Shown piece by piece: positions 9,175 to 19,900 of a stretch of DNA of 32,000 nt. The stretch is from Corynebacterium amycolatum (GTDB lineage: Bacteria > Actinomycetota > Actinomycetes > Mycobacteriales > Mycobacteriaceae). Position 1 is the first letter of the stretch. Each line of letters starts with the position of its first letter. The notes below the pieces were generated by a model. It searched no databases. It was given only the letters and a program-made list of their open reading frames with translations, and had not been told where the DNA came from. Both the position numbers and the translations under genes were made by a program. Where the stretch lies: assembly GCF_049243625.1 (NCBI RefSeq), contig NZ_CP046975.1. One strand, 5' to 3'.

Positions 9175-10089
9175 ATGAACGCTCGTCATCGTCTTACTCC
9201 GCGACCATCTCGCGCGATTCGCCTGGGGCTTACCGGTGTCATCGCTGTCACCAGCCTTCCGCTGGCAGCCGGGAACGTCGCTGCGGCTCCGCAGCCGAAA
9301 CTGACTCCACAGGGCACTATTGATGCTCCGGGGCGCACCCAGATCAGCTTTACCCACACCCCGACCGGCGCTCACTACGGTACGGCCAACGAGAATGAAG
9401 CTCGTCCGGGGCTGTCGATTGTCAAGCTCTACATTGCCGACTACGTCTTCAAGCACGGCACCGAAGCGGACAAGGCGAAGGCCACACAGATGATTCGCTA
9501 CTCCGATGACAACATTGCCAGCGAGCTCTACGGCCGTTACCCGGACTCCATTAACGCCACGGCGCGTGAGTACGGCCTCAGCAACACCCACGGTGCGGGC
9601 CACTGGGGCAATTCCACGACTTCCAGCGCTGACACCGTGAAGTTCCTGGAGGCCAAGAAGCGCGAGAACCCTTCCGACCCGGTGCTGGTTGCTATGAGCA
9701 CCGCGTCACCTGTGGCAGCGGATGGCTACCGTCAGGATTACGGCACCGCCACGCTGCCTGGTGTTATTGGCACAAAGTGGGGTTGGTCCGATGACCGTCA
9801 GAGCGTTCACGCCTCGGCGTCCATTGGTCCTGACTTCAGCGTCGCTGCTAACACCTACGGCACCAAGGAAGCTCACACCAGCGATGTTCAGAATGCGTTC
9901 GGTGGCACGGTGGGCACTCCACCACTGCCTGGTCTGCCCGACAGCCCGAGCCTGCCCAACATCCCAGGCGTCCCGAATCTGTCCGAGAGCCCGAATCTCG
10001 GCGAACTACTGAACTTGCCGGAATCCCCGCAGCTGCCGCAGATTCCGGGGCTGCCGAACTTCACAGGCCAGGTACCGGCGCAGTTCTAG
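9175..10089 (+). CDS. secreted protein, putative class-A beta-lactamase-fold serine hydrolase with a Pro-rich C-terminal tail
   Basis: Signal peptide MNARHRLTPRPSRAIRLGLTGVIAVTSLPLAAGNVAAAP. Motifs are S-x-x-K (SIVK), an SDN-like loop (YSDDNIASELY) and a KTG-like motif (GTKWGW). The C-terminus is PPLPGLPDSPSLPNIPGVPNLSESPNLGELLNLPESPQLPQIPGLPNF. Confidence 0.55.
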   Translation: MNARHRLTPRPSRAIRLGLTGVIAVTSLPLAAGNVAAAPQPKLTPQGTIDAPGRTQISFTHTPTGAHYGTANENEARPGLSIVKLYIADYVFKHGTEADKAKATQMIRYSDDNIASELYGRYPDSINATAREYGLSNTHGAGHWGNSTTSSADTVKFLEAKKRENPSDPVLVAMSTASPVAADGYRQDYGTATLPGVIGTKWGWSDDRQSVHASASIGPDFSVAANTYGTKEAHTSDVQNAFGGTVGTPPLPGLPDSPSLPNIPGVPNLSESPNLGELLNLPESPQLPQIPGLPNFTGQVPAQF

Positions 10090-10142
10090 CCACTGACCGC
10101 TAGCCGCTGGCACCGTCTCACACAGCGCTTACGCAGCGCACC

Positions 10143-10493
10143 TCACGCGACAAGGTTCACGAGGGCCATATACAGCGCCGTGCCTACGAATATCGAGATC
10201 ACGGTGTTGCGCCGCCACCAGTGCAGGAAGATGGTGACGACCAGCGCCACAGGCACGGCCCAGGCAGCGCCGGGGTCGCCACCCTCACCGCTGAGCCCCA
10301 ACCGTCCAAAGACGGTGTAAACCACCAGCGCCATCATGACTCCAACAGGCATGGTCGTGCCGAGGAATTCGAACAGGGGAGAGCCCTTCAGGGTCCGCAC
10401 GAACGCAAACGGCAGTGCGCGCAACGCAACTGTCACTGCGCCCATCGCAAAGAGCGCGGCTAGCACATAGCCGGAATCGGGCATCGCGGTCAT
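10143..10493 (-). CDS. azlD: AzlD-family branched-chain amino acid exporter small subunit
   Basis: About 116 aa and hydrophobic (MTAMPDSGYVLAALFAMGAVTVALRALPF...). Its ATG overlaps the azlC stop (ATGA at 10490-10493). Confidence 0.75.
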   Translation of the reverse strand: MTAMPDSGYVLAALFAMGAVTVALRALPFAFVRTLKGSPLFEFLGTTMPVGVMMALVVYTVFGRLGLSGEGGDPGAAWAVPVALVVTIFLHWWRRNTVISIFVGTALYMALVNLVA

Positions 10494-11266
10494 GCTCGCT
10501 CTCCCTCCGTTACACGCTGATTGCTTGACGACGTCATGCGCATCACCCGATCTACTCGTGGTGACCACACGCGCAACAGCAGCATGCCGAAGTACATCAA
10601 CAACCCGATGACCAGCATCTGGTTCGGGTTAATCAGCCACCCGACCAACGTGCAGACGATAGCGGCCAGGGGCAGTGACCAATCCTTGGAGGTCTCAAAC
10701 GCGTCCATGGCCAGCACCGTAAAGAGCGCCACCAGTGCGAACTCGGCACCGCGGATCCCTTCGGGCAATGCTGCACCGGTTAGCGCCCCGACAATACCGG
10801 AGCCCACCCACAGCAACTGGCAGAGAATCTGAATCGTCAGCAGGCGGCGGCCCGACATCTTTTCAGCCGGATTTGCCGCAGAGACGATGGCATACGACTC
10901 GTCGGTAAGCGCGTATGTGGAGTATGCGCGGCCGAGACGAGACTGTATCCGGTCGCGGGGGAACGTCAGCCCGTAGAAGACGTGGCGGAAGTTGACCATA
11001 AACGAGGTCACGGCACAGCCGAGCAGACCCGTATGGGCCATAACCAGGCCGACAGCGAGGAATTCCATCGACCCCGCGTAGACCACGAAGGAGAAGATGG
11101 GTGCCCACCACCAACTTAAGCCAGTCTGTGCGATGAGTAGGCCGAATGCGAGCCCCAGCGGAATGAGACCCATGCCGACGGGCAGTGTCTGCCGAATGCC
11201 GGCAGCTATGTCGCTGCGGTCACTAGTTGCGGCACTGTTTCCTTCGGCATTGATGTGCTCACTCAT
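10490..11266 (-). CDS. azlC: AzlC-family branched-chain amino acid exporter large subunit
   Basis: 258-aa polytopic protein with the AzlC pattern (...YAGSMEFLAVGL...FMVNFRHVFYGLTFP...YALTDESYA...), paired with azlD. Confidence 0.85.
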   Translation of the reverse strand: MSEHINAEGNSAATSDRSDIAAGIRQTLPVGMGLIPLGLAFGLLIAQTGLSWWWAPIFSFVVYAGSMEFLAVGLVMAHTGLLGCAVTSFMVNFRHVFYGLTFPRDRIQSRLGRAYSTYALTDESYAIVSAANPAEKMSGRRLLTIQILCQLLWVGSGIVGALTGAALPEGIRGAEFALVALFTVLAMDAFETSKDWSLPLAAIVCTLVGWLINPNQMLVIGLLMYFGMLLLRVWSPRVDRVMRMTSSSNQRVTEGERA

Positions 11267-11908
11267 CTAGTTGTCACGTACATCTACGGGGTAGGTGCCA
11301 TACAGCGGCAGCGGCCAGGGCTGACGGCGCATGCAATCACCCCAGATGTCAGCGGCAGCAGGCGCGAGTACATCAGAGGGCAGGGCAGGGGCGACGTACC
11401 AATCACCGCGATCGAGCTCTTCTTCCAGCTGCCCTGGATCCCAGCCCGCGTAACCGGCGAAGATACGCGCGCCATCGATGCGGTCGCGTACATCCTCCGG
11501 CTCCGCGCCGAGGTTGACCAGCGCAAACCTATGGGCGATGCGTTCCATCAGCGGTGCACCGGTAATACTGTCGGTCTCCTCTGGGAGGGTAGCGCCATTT
11601 CGCACCACACCAATGCAGATTGGCTGCGTCTGGTTGACCGGACCCCCGACGTAGAGCACCGGCGGCTTAGTCATCAGTGACGCCCAGGGCTCGAGCACAT
11701 TGTGCACAGGCGTCTGCGAACGCTGCGTGAGATCGACACCAAGGGTGCCGTGCTCATCGTGTTCAATGAGGAAAATCACCGAACGAGCGAATTCCGGCGA
11801 GAGCATGCCGGGTGCTGCGAGCAGCAGCATACCGGCGGCCGGGTCGTTGCGCTCGAGGCTGGTAAAAAGCCGGTCGCCATAGAGATTTTCCGGATTAATC
11901 GATGCCAT
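11267..11908 (-). CDS. YqgE/AlgH family protein (UPF0301)
   Basis: 213 aa with the family pattern GMLLLAAPGMLSPEFARSVIFLIEHDEHGTLGVDLTQRS...IFAGYAGWDPGQLEEEL..GDWYV. Its stop directly abuts the azlC ATG. Confidence 0.85.
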   Translation of the reverse strand: MASINPENLYGDRLFTSLERNDPAAGMLLLAAPGMLSPEFARSVIFLIEHDEHGTLGVDLTQRSQTPVHNVLEPWASLMTKPPVLYVGGPVNQTQPICIGVVRNGATLPEETDSITGAPLMERIAHRFALVNLGAEPEDVRDRIDGARIFAGYAGWDPGQLEEELDRGDWYVAPALPSDVLAPAAADIWGDCMRRQPWPLPLYGTYPVDVRDN

Positions 11909-13470
11909 TAGCTCTCACTTTCGCTTTCAGCCTGCTCACCGGACTGCTCGTACCACCATTTCTTCAGCGCCAAGATAGCATCCTCACGCTCCAGCGGACC
12001 GGACTCCAATCGCAGCTCTTTCAGGTAATTCCAGGCCTGTCCGACTTCCTTGCCAGGCTTCAGGTCCAGAATTTCCATGATTTCGTTGCCGTCCAGATCG
12101 GGGCGGACGCGTGCGAGGTCCTCCTGCTCAGCGAGCTCCTTGATTCGCGCTTCCAGGTTGTCGCAGGCTCGTGCGAGGCGTGCTGCTTTACGACGGTTTC
12201 TCGTCGTGCAGTCGGCCCGCACGATTTTGTTGAGTCGTTCCAACAAATCTCCGGCGTCGTTGACATAACGTCGCACCGCCGAGTCCGTCCACTTGCCTTC
12301 GCCATAGCCGTGGAAGCGCATGTGCAAGTAGACCAGCTGGGAGATTTCATGGCTGATCTTCTTCGGAAACTTCAACTTGCGCAGGCGGCGACGCACCAGC
12401 TTCGCACCGACGACCTCGTGCTGGTAGAAGGTGACATTGCCCTGCTCGTTGTAGGCGCGGGTAGCGGGCTTACCACAGTCGTGCAGCAGTGCCGCCCAGC
12501 GCAGCACGAGGTCCGGTTCACCGGGTTCTTCCTGGTCAATGGCCTGCCGCATGACCTGCAGGGAGTGTTGATAGACATCCTTGTGCTGGCGGTGTTCATC
12601 CTGCGTCATGCGCATATCGGAAATCTCCGGCAGCACGCGGTCGGCCAACCCCGATTCCACCATCAGGTCGATACCACGGCTGGGATCTGCCCCCAGGATG
12701 AGCTTGTTCAGCTCAGTGGAGATGCGCTCAACCGTGATGCGGTCAATTTCGCTGGACATTTCCTTCAACGCCTTGAGTACGCGCGGTGCCACGTCGAACC
12801 CGAGCTGGGATGCGAAGCGGCAGGCACGCAGCATGCGCAGGGGATCATCGCCAAAGCTGACCTCCGGCGCCCCCGGGGTGTCCAAGACACCCGCGACAAG
12901 ATCCTCGAAACCTCCGAGCGGGTCGAGGAAGGTGCGAGTGCCGTCGCCATGCAGTTCAACGGCGATGGCGTTACAGCGGAAGTCACGGCGGATTAGATCG
13001 CCTTCCAGCGTGTCGCCGAAAGTGACCTCCGGATTGCGACTGACCTGGTCGTACGTATCCGCACGGAACGTGGTGATCTCCACCTGACGGCCATGCCGCT
13101 CTGCGGACAGCGTGCCAAATTCAATGCCGGTATCCCAGACAATGTCCGCCCAGTCATCAAGAATCGCGCGCGTCACCTCCGGGCGTGCGTCGGTGGTGAA
13201 ATCGAGATCCACGCCCAGTCGCCCTAAGAGAGCATCGCGCACAGAACCGCCCACAAGGTACAGACGATGGCCAGCTGCACTAAACGCAGCTGCCAGCGAA
13301 TCGAGAATCTCCGACTCCTTGGCAATCGCCTGATCCGCCACTGCCAGCATTGCCGTCCTGCGCACCTGTGGGTCCGCATCAGCAGCCGCCGGAGTAGCGC
13401 CGTGAGGTGTAGTCGCCCCGGGCTGGTCACCATTTGTCGTTGAAGGAGTCGATTGTGTCACGACCGACAC
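11908..13470 (-). CDS. cca: CCA-adding tRNA nucleotidyltransferase (PcnA-type, with HD domain)
   Basis: 520 aa with the polymerase-beta head motif [13 protein letters not shown]...DLDFTT and an HD region (LLHDCGKP). The start is uncertain (GTG 13470 or GTG 13461). The stop overlaps the yqgE ATG (TAATG). Confidence 0.9.
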   Translation of the reverse strand: MSVVTQSTPSTTNGDQPGATTPHGATPAAADADPQVRRTAMLAVADQAIAKESEILDSLAAAFSAAGHRLYLVGGSVRDALLGRLGVDLDFTTDARPEVTRAILDDWADIVWDTGIEFGTLSAERHGRQVEITTFRADTYDQVSRNPEVTFGDTLEGDLIRRDFRCNAIAVELHGDGTRTFLDPLGGFEDLVAGVLDTPGAPEVSFGDDPLRMLRACRFASQLGFDVAPRVLKALKEMSSEIDRITVERISTELNKLILGADPSRGIDLMVESGLADRVLPEISDMRMTQDEHRQHKDVYQHSLQVMRQAIDQEEPGEPDLVLRWAALLHDCGKPATRAYNEQGNVTFYQHEVVGAKLVRRRLRKLKFPKKISHEISQLVYLHMRFHGYGEGKWTDSAVRRYVNDAGDLLERLNKIVRADCTTRNRRKAARLARACDNLEARIKELAEQEDLARVRPDLDGNEIMEILDLKPGKEVGQAWNYLKELRLESGPLEREDAILALKKWWYEQSGEQAESESES

Positions 13471-13510
13471 AATACCCGCTTATACCTATAAACCCGGTAG
13501 TCTAAGTGGA

Positions 13511-14368
13511 ATGAACAACGTGGTACGCAATGACAACTCGGCGGCGAAGAGCCGTCGACGTCGTCGGCGACCGCGCAGAAGGGGTGACGCTTCCGCGTCC
13601 ACCAACACCAATAGCGCTACTACCAGCGGAAATTCCGCAAAACGTAGTGGCTCCGGTGCCAATGGCCCCAAATCGGCCAAGCCAAACTCCGGTGGCGCCA
13701 AGAAATCTTCCAAATCACCGAAGTCGGCACGACCCTCGAAGCAGTCGAACTACCGCGGTGGCCGTAAGAACGGTCAGGATAGGAACAATCGCCGTCGTCA
13801 CGCACAGACGAAGCGCACGAACAATCGCCGTGCGCACTCGTCGCGCGCGCAAAATGCAGCGCCGATGCAGACCTCGATTGAGACTTCGGCGGGCGGACTG
13901 GTCGTCTCGGGGCTTGCTGAGGCGGTCGGCGATGGCGGCAAAGTCAACCTGTCACGGATTTATGTCGCGCTGATTGGTCGGCACGATCGTCGCGGGCGCC
14001 TGCTGTGGTCGATGCCCAAGGGCCATGTCGAGCCCGGCGAAGCTTTCGATTCCACCGCCGAACGTGAGGTGTGGGAAGAAACGGGCATTCGCGGCGAGGT
14101 CATCGAGGAGCTCGGTGTGATTGACTACTGGTTTGTCTCCGATGGCACGCGGATTCACAAGACCGTGCACCATCACCTTCTGCGCTATGTCGATGGCGAT
14201 TTGAACGACGAAGACCCCGAGGTCACTCAGGTCATGTGGGTCCCGGTAGACACCCTGGTGGAGCGGTTGGCCTACGCTGACGAACGCAAACTGGCCCGGC
14301 GCGCGCACAATCTGCTGCCCGATCTCGCCCGCGCGGAAAAGCGAGCAGGCCGGCAGACGCCGAGGTGA
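13511..14368 (+). CDS. NUDIX hydrolase (MutT4/Rv3908-like) with a long basic N-terminal extension
   Basis: The Nudix box [23 protein letters not shown] fits GX5EX7REUXEEXGU. The first ~120 aa are Arg/Lys/Ser/Asn-rich ([13 protein letters not shown]...). TAGTCT at 13498-13503 lies 7 nt before the ATG, suggesting a leaderless transcript. Confidence 0.9.
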   Translation: MNNVVRNDNSAAKSRRRRRRPRRRGDASASTNTNSATTSGNSAKRSGSGANGPKSAKPNSGGAKKSSKSPKSARPSKQSNYRGGRKNGQDRNNRRRHAQTKRTNNRRAHSSRAQNAAPMQTSIETSAGGLVVSGLAEAVGDGGKVNLSRIYVALIGRHDRRGRLLWSMPKGHVEPGEAFDSTAEREVWEETGIRGEVIEELGVIDYWFVSDGTRIHKTVHHHLLRYVDGDLNDEDPEVTQVMWVPVDTLVERLAYADERKLARRAHNLLPDLARAEKRAGRQTPR

Positions 14369-14374
14369 TTGCGC

Positions 14375-16912
14375 ATGTTCAGGTTGCAGTTGCCAAGGAA
14401 TGTTGTTCGTAAAGTCACGGCCGCCACCGCAGCGCTCATACTGTGCTTGCCGACGACCGTTGCGCCCCCAGCTTTTGCGCAAGATGAGCAGTTGTGGGGC
14501 AGTGGTGCCAATCGAGTCGGTGAACAGGGACCCCTTCGGCTTTCGATAACCAGCTTCACTCCGCATGTCGCGGCTCTACATTCGACACTGACCATCAAGG
14601 TGCAGGTGCACAACACCTCCGACGCGGATATCAGCAATGTTGCGCTGCGCCCACAGCGGGCCGGCGCACTAGCTTCCTCTGCAGATGCGCGGACGATTCT
14701 CGCTGAGCCTGAATCGGTGTTTGATGTGGCTGGGACCTTCAGTGCCCCCATCGAGCTGAAAGCGGGCGAGACGCGTGAGGTTACGCTAAGTGTTCCTATC
14801 TCCGCACCGGCCCCAGAAGGACTCGACATCACGGAAGCCGGCACGTTTCCGCTGCTCATCAACGCTAACGGGCAACCGGCAGATGACATCGACCGCCTGC
14901 TGGCGGAAACACGCGCACTGCTACCGGTGACGGATTCGCAAGCCGCGGGTGATGAGCCGGAACCGCCTGCCGGCGATGAGAACGACAACGATGAGACCGA
15001 CAATTCCGATGCGCCCACCCGCCGTGACCCAGTGCCGTTTTCGCTGATTTGGCCCATCAGCCAGCCAGTGCCAGTGGTCGGCGGTGAGACCGGTGACGCA
15101 CCCTCGTCGCCGAATCTCATCCTCACCGACAATTCTTTGGCCGAATCTCTTGAACGCGGTGGCCGCCTCGACGGTTTGCTCACCTCGTTGGAAAAAGGCT
15201 TTGCCGGCCCCGATGGGGAGAGGTTGCGGGAATCGACATGCATCGCCATCGACCCGGAGACCCTCGATGCAATCTCCCGGATGACCCGTGACTACTGGAT
15301 TGGCACCAGCCGCCCAAGTCCTGTGGAGTCCTCGCCACGACTGCGGGATTCCTGGGGAAACGCGGATGACACCAATCTCACGCATATGCCCGCCAGCGAC
15401 AATGCCGCCGACTGGCTTAACCGGCTGCACGATCTCACACAGGACACATGCACACTGTCACTGCCGTGGGGCGGCACCGATGCCAGCGCCGTAGCTCGCG
15501 TGGCGGATCAAGAGCTTTCCATGGAGGCACTCGCCGCTGGTCGGCAGACCATCGCCAAGCATTTGGACGTTCAGACACTGCCGGGTATCTATTTGCCGGC
15601 CGAGGGATACGTAACGTCGGAAAGCGCCCCGCTGTACTCGGCGGCGACAGCTCTGAGCGGAACCACCCCGGAGCACGCATTCGAAGACCGCGTAGATACC
15701 GGCGAGACGATGCCTCCCTCGCCCACTCCGCCCGAAGCCGCGCACGACACCACCGTATTGGTCGCGGACAACACCGCTATCACCGCCGATGGTCAGACAC
15801 TACGGCCTGGCCACAGTGGTGTGCTTGCCGACGGTAGCCGCGCCTTCGCCCTCTCTGGGGCACTGACAGCCTCTCTGGCTGTAACAGGACGGTCGCCCCA
15901 GACTGTGGCGTATTCGAATCTGCTCGGACGCTTCGATTTCCGAATCGACTCCGAGGCTGCACGGATGCAGACAGCGATTGGCACTCTGTTCCAATCACTG
16001 ACTGATTCGGATGCCCCTCGCGCGGCTGTGGTGGCAGCACCACCGTCCGGTTGGGATCCACGCGCTAGCGATGCTGAAGATTTCATGGCCGCGGTTCGGA
16101 AAGCCGTGGACGCTAACCTGGCTGAGCTGACTCCGCTGATGGATTCCATCACCGCCGCAGCTCGCGACCTGGATGCGGGCTCGGTTACCCCAGTTGACGA
16201 GTTCGCCGATCCCGCGCCGGTGAGTGAAGCGCTCGTGGAGAAGGCTCGGATAGCCTCCCGCGAAATCACGGACCTGACCACAATCATGTCCAACGACCCC
16301 AACGTCGCGCTGACGCGGTATGAATTCACCCGCCCCCTGCGGCACGACTTACTGCGCTCGTTTACCACTCTCGGCCGGCGAAATCAGCTGCAGTCAACTG
16401 ACGTGCAGCGGCGGAGCGAAGAACTCAGCGACCAGGCACTGGTTATGACTCGACGTCTGCGCAATTCAGTGACATTGGTAGCTCCTGGCGGTGTCTACAC
16501 CCGCGCAACGCAGCTGTCGCCGATTGCGGTGCTGGCTCGCAATGGTCTGCCGCTGCCGGTTCCCGCGTTCGTGCGCGTCGGCGCTGGAGATTCGGTGATG
16601 GAGGAGAAGTATGAGGCCGCCATCCCTGCCAAGGGGTCGGTGACTGTTCAGTTCACTCCGAAGTCGGGTGATGATGCAGAATCCACTCCGGCAACCAATG
16701 CTCCAGAGGGAGACCGGCCACGGGATAGTGGAGACAATTCCCACAACCTGTTGTTGTGGCTCGAATCACCTGGCGGCACGCCTATTTCTCAATCAGTGAG
16801 TATTTCCGTGCAATCCGGCGCTTCCGTCGGGGTTTTGGCTATCGTGACCCTCGTCATCGTCACTGTTGGTGGGTTTTTTGCCGCAAAACGGTCACAGTAC
16901 TTTCGGAAATAG
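14375..16912 (+). CDS. large exported protein, Rv3909/DUF6049-like (N-terminal signal peptide, C-terminal TM anchor)
   Basis: About 845 aa with the signal peptide ...ALILCLPTTVAPPAFAQDE and the C-terminal TM segment VLAIVTLVIVTVGGFFAA. It sits between the NUDIX gene and murJ, as in mycobacteria. The alternative start TTG 14369 directly follows the NUDIX stop. Confidence 0.7.
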   Translation: MFRLQLPRNVVRKVTAATAALILCLPTTVAPPAFAQDEQLWGSGANRVGEQGPLRLSITSFTPHVAALHSTLTIKVQVHNTSDADISNVALRPQRAGALASSADARTILAEPESVFDVAGTFSAPIELKAGETREVTLSVPISAPAPEGLDITEAGTFPLLINANGQPADDIDRLLAETRALLPVTDSQAAGDEPEPPAGDENDNDETDNSDAPTRRDPVPFSLIWPISQPVPVVGGETGDAPSSPNLILTDNSLAESLERGGRLDGLLTSLEKGFAGPDGERLRESTCIAIDPETLDAISRMTRDYWIGTSRPSPVESSPRLRDSWGNADDTNLTHMPASDNAADWLNRLHDLTQDTCTLSLPWGGTDASAVARVADQELSMEALAAGRQTIAKHLDVQTLPGIYLPAEGYVTSESAPLYSAATALSGTTPEHAFEDRVDTGETMPPSPTPPEAAHDTTVLVADNTAITADGQTLRPGHSGVLADGSRAFALSGALTASLAVTGRSPQTVAYSNLLGRFDFRIDSEAARMQTAIGTLFQSLTDSDAPRAAVVAAPPSGWDPRASDAEDFMAAVRKAVDANLAELTPLMDSITAAARDLDAGSVTPVDEFADPAPVSEALVEKARIASREITDLTTIMSNDPNVALTRYEFTRPLRHDLLRSFTTLGRRNQLQSTDVQRRSEELSDQALVMTRRLRNSVTLVAPGGVYTRATQLSPIAVLARNGLPLPVPAFVRVGAGDSVMEEKYEAAIPAKGSVTVQFTPKSGDDAESTPATNAPEGDRPRDSGDNSHNLLLWLESPGGTPISQSVSISVQSGASVGVLAIVTLVIVTVGGFFAAKRSQYFRK

Positions 16913-16939
16913 ACCCCCTTTTAAGCAACAATAGGACAT

Positions 16940-19900
16940 GTGACTGACTCAGACGCGCATAAATCTGGACTTCGAGGCCGCATTCGTCGCCCCGCGCCAC
17001 CGGCTCCGGTTCCGGCGGCGCGGCCAACGGCTGAATCTCAGCCGGCCGAAGCGGCCCCGGACCTAACTCGCGTATCCGGCCATAAGGCAAATGCCGATAC
17101 CGCCGCTGACGCGATGACGGAATCGGCATCACCATCGCCGGCAAAGGCGGCAACTGCGACAGCAACCGCTTCCGGCGATTCCTCCGCGGACTCGACGACG
17201 GACGCAAATCAGGAACAGTCGAACTCGGACATCGTCGCCTCCACGGGCTCGATGGCAATCGCTACCCTGATTTCACGCATTACGGGTTTTTTGCGAAACC
17301 TGCTTATCGGCGCGACGCTGGGTCCGGCTGTGGCTTCAGCCTTCAACGTCGCCAACACACTGCCGAACCTGATTACGGAAATCGTCCTCGGCGCGGTGCT
17401 GACTTCTCTGGTGGTGCCGGTGTTGGTGCGCGCGGAGAAGGAGGATCCAGATCACGGTGCCGCCTTCATTAGACGTCTCTTGACTGTCTCTATGACGCTG
17501 TTGGCAGTGGTGACGGTGCTAGCAGTGATAGGTGCGCCACTATTGACCAGATTGAGCCTTAACGAGGCCGGTAAGGTCAACGTTCCGCTGGCGACGTCAT
17601 TTGCGTTCTTATTATTGCCGCAAATCATCTTCTACGGCATATTTGCGCTGCTCATGGCGGTGCTAAACACCAAGGGAATCTTTAAACCCGGTGCGTGGGC
17701 ACCTGTCGCCAACAACGTCGTGGCCATTGCCACGCTCTTGCTATATCTGTTCCTGCCCGGCCAATTGAGTCCGGATTCGGACGGTTCACTCTCCGATCCG
17801 CACATCCTGCTTTTGGGTCTTGGTACCACTCTGGGTGTCGTCATTCAGGCAGCCATCATGATTCCCTACCTCAAGCGCGCGGGCATTGACTTGCGTCCGC
17901 TGTGGGGTATCGACGACCGCATCAAACAGTTCACCGGCATGGGTGTTGCGATTATCACCTACGTGGCAATTTCCCAGGCTGGTTACTTCATCACCACCAA
18001 TATTGCCTCGACTGCCTCCAAGGCAGCGCCGACGATTTACCAGCAGGCTTGGCTGCTGTTGCAGGTGCCCTACGGCATCATCGGCGTTACCTTGCTGACC
18101 GCCATCATGCCGCGACTGTCCCGCAATGCAGCCGACGGTAATGATGGGGCAGTGGTCCGCGATCTATCCATCGGTACGCGTCTGACCATGATTGCGCTGG
18201 TGCCGATCGTCGCCTTCTTCACCGCATTCGGCCGCCCCATCGCCGTCGGTCTTTTCGCGTATCTGGAGTTCCCCCGCGAAACCGCGGAGATTCTTGGCTG
18301 GACGCTGTCCTTCTCGGCGTTCTCGCTTATTCCATATGCCATCGTGCTTTTGCACTTGCGTGTTTTCTACGCCCGTGAAGAGGCCTGGACCCCGACTTTC
18401 ATCATCCTCGGCATTACCACCGTCAAGGTGATTCTGTCGTTCTTCGCTCCTCGTCTGGCTTCTGACGATGAGACCGTCGTCGTGTTGCTCGGTGCTGCCA
18501 ACGGTTTCGGTTTCGTCGCCGGCGCAGTAATTGGCTTCTTGCTCTTGCGCCGCACTCTCGGACACTTGGACAGTAAGGCGACCGTCCACACCGTGCTGTG
18601 GGCACTGGGGGCGTCGCTTGTCGGTGTCGCCGTTGCTTGGGGCGCATTCGCATTGACCGACCTTGTGCTGTTCGATTTCTTCGGTTCCTTCGGCGTGCTG
18701 CTGCAGACCATCGTCACCGGCGTGGTCTTCCTCATCGGTACCGGCCTGGTCCTCGCTCAGGCTCCATTGGAAGAGGTCCGCGTTCTGGGCGGCTTCCTCG
18801 GCCGCATCCCGGGTCTACGCCGCTTTGCTCCGCAGCCTCATGCAGCCGACAATGCCGTCGCCGACCGTGAGGATATGGAGCGCGAACGTGGCTTCGCCGC
18901 TGATGCTTTCTCGATTGCCCCGTCGAACCTGATCGGCGAGGCCACGGGTCTGGCAAACGAGGGCTTCACCGCTTCGCCGCTGCTGCCGCCGATGCCGACG
19001 CAGGGTTCTCGCCCAACCCGCTATGTACCCGGCGAGATGGTCTCAGGTGGTCGTTTCCGTCTGCGTTCTGAAGTCGCGACCTACCCAGGTCTGCGCCTGT
19101 GGCGCGCCATGGATATGGGAGATCCCGATAACGCAGATGTCGCACTTGTCTTCGTCGACACGATTGCACTGCCGTACTACGACACTTCGCCATCGGCTGC
19201 CGCCCAGAAGATTGCCACGACGACCAATGAGCTGCGTGACTTGGCTGGCGCCGGAATGTCGCGGATTCATAGCGTGGCGAAGACACGCACCGAGGTGCTC
19301 ATCGTCGCCGACTGGACCAGCAGTATCGGTATTGAGCGGTTCGATCAGGCCGCCCATCCGGATGCCCTGGCACTCGCAGTTGCATCACTTGCCGAGACGA
19401 TCGCCGACGCCCACGAATCTGGGCGCTGCCTTGGCCTGACAAACAAGCCTGGACAATTGCGAATCAGCAGCGACGGCCACATCTACGACGCTTTCCCCGT
19501 CGTTTTGCCCAATAGCTCGCAACGTTCGGACTACAGCGCGTTGCTTTCAGTCATCGACGAGCTGTTCTACAGCGTGACGAACATCCCCTCTGATATTTCT
19601 GCTGCCATCGACCGCGCGAAGCAAACACGCCCGGAGAACTTCAATGGGCAGGAGTCGCCAGCTCGCACGCTCGCCGAGGATTTGCGCGCCGCAGCGCTGG
19701 GCCCCGATTCTTCGGAGTTTCTCGCAATCGACCCCGACACCGGTGCGCGCGAATCCGTCGATGCCGGCGGTGCAGCCCAATCAAACGCTCATCACACCAA
19801 GAATCGCACCCGCGCATTCAGCACCGGCGCAGTCGTTGTCGGCGTAGTCATTGTCGGTGCACTTGTCGCCGCGGGCATCTTTGGTCTGGTTAACCGTTCC

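Noticed and set aside
11902-12996. 364-aa plus-strand ORF
   Set aside because: It is antisense to cca, has low-complexity composition and no RBS or family motif. It is a high-GC artefact.
14272-15249. 325-aa minus-strand ORF
   Set aside because: It is antisense to the DUF6049-like gene. Its product is Ser/Ala/Arg-rich with no start context. It is an artefact.
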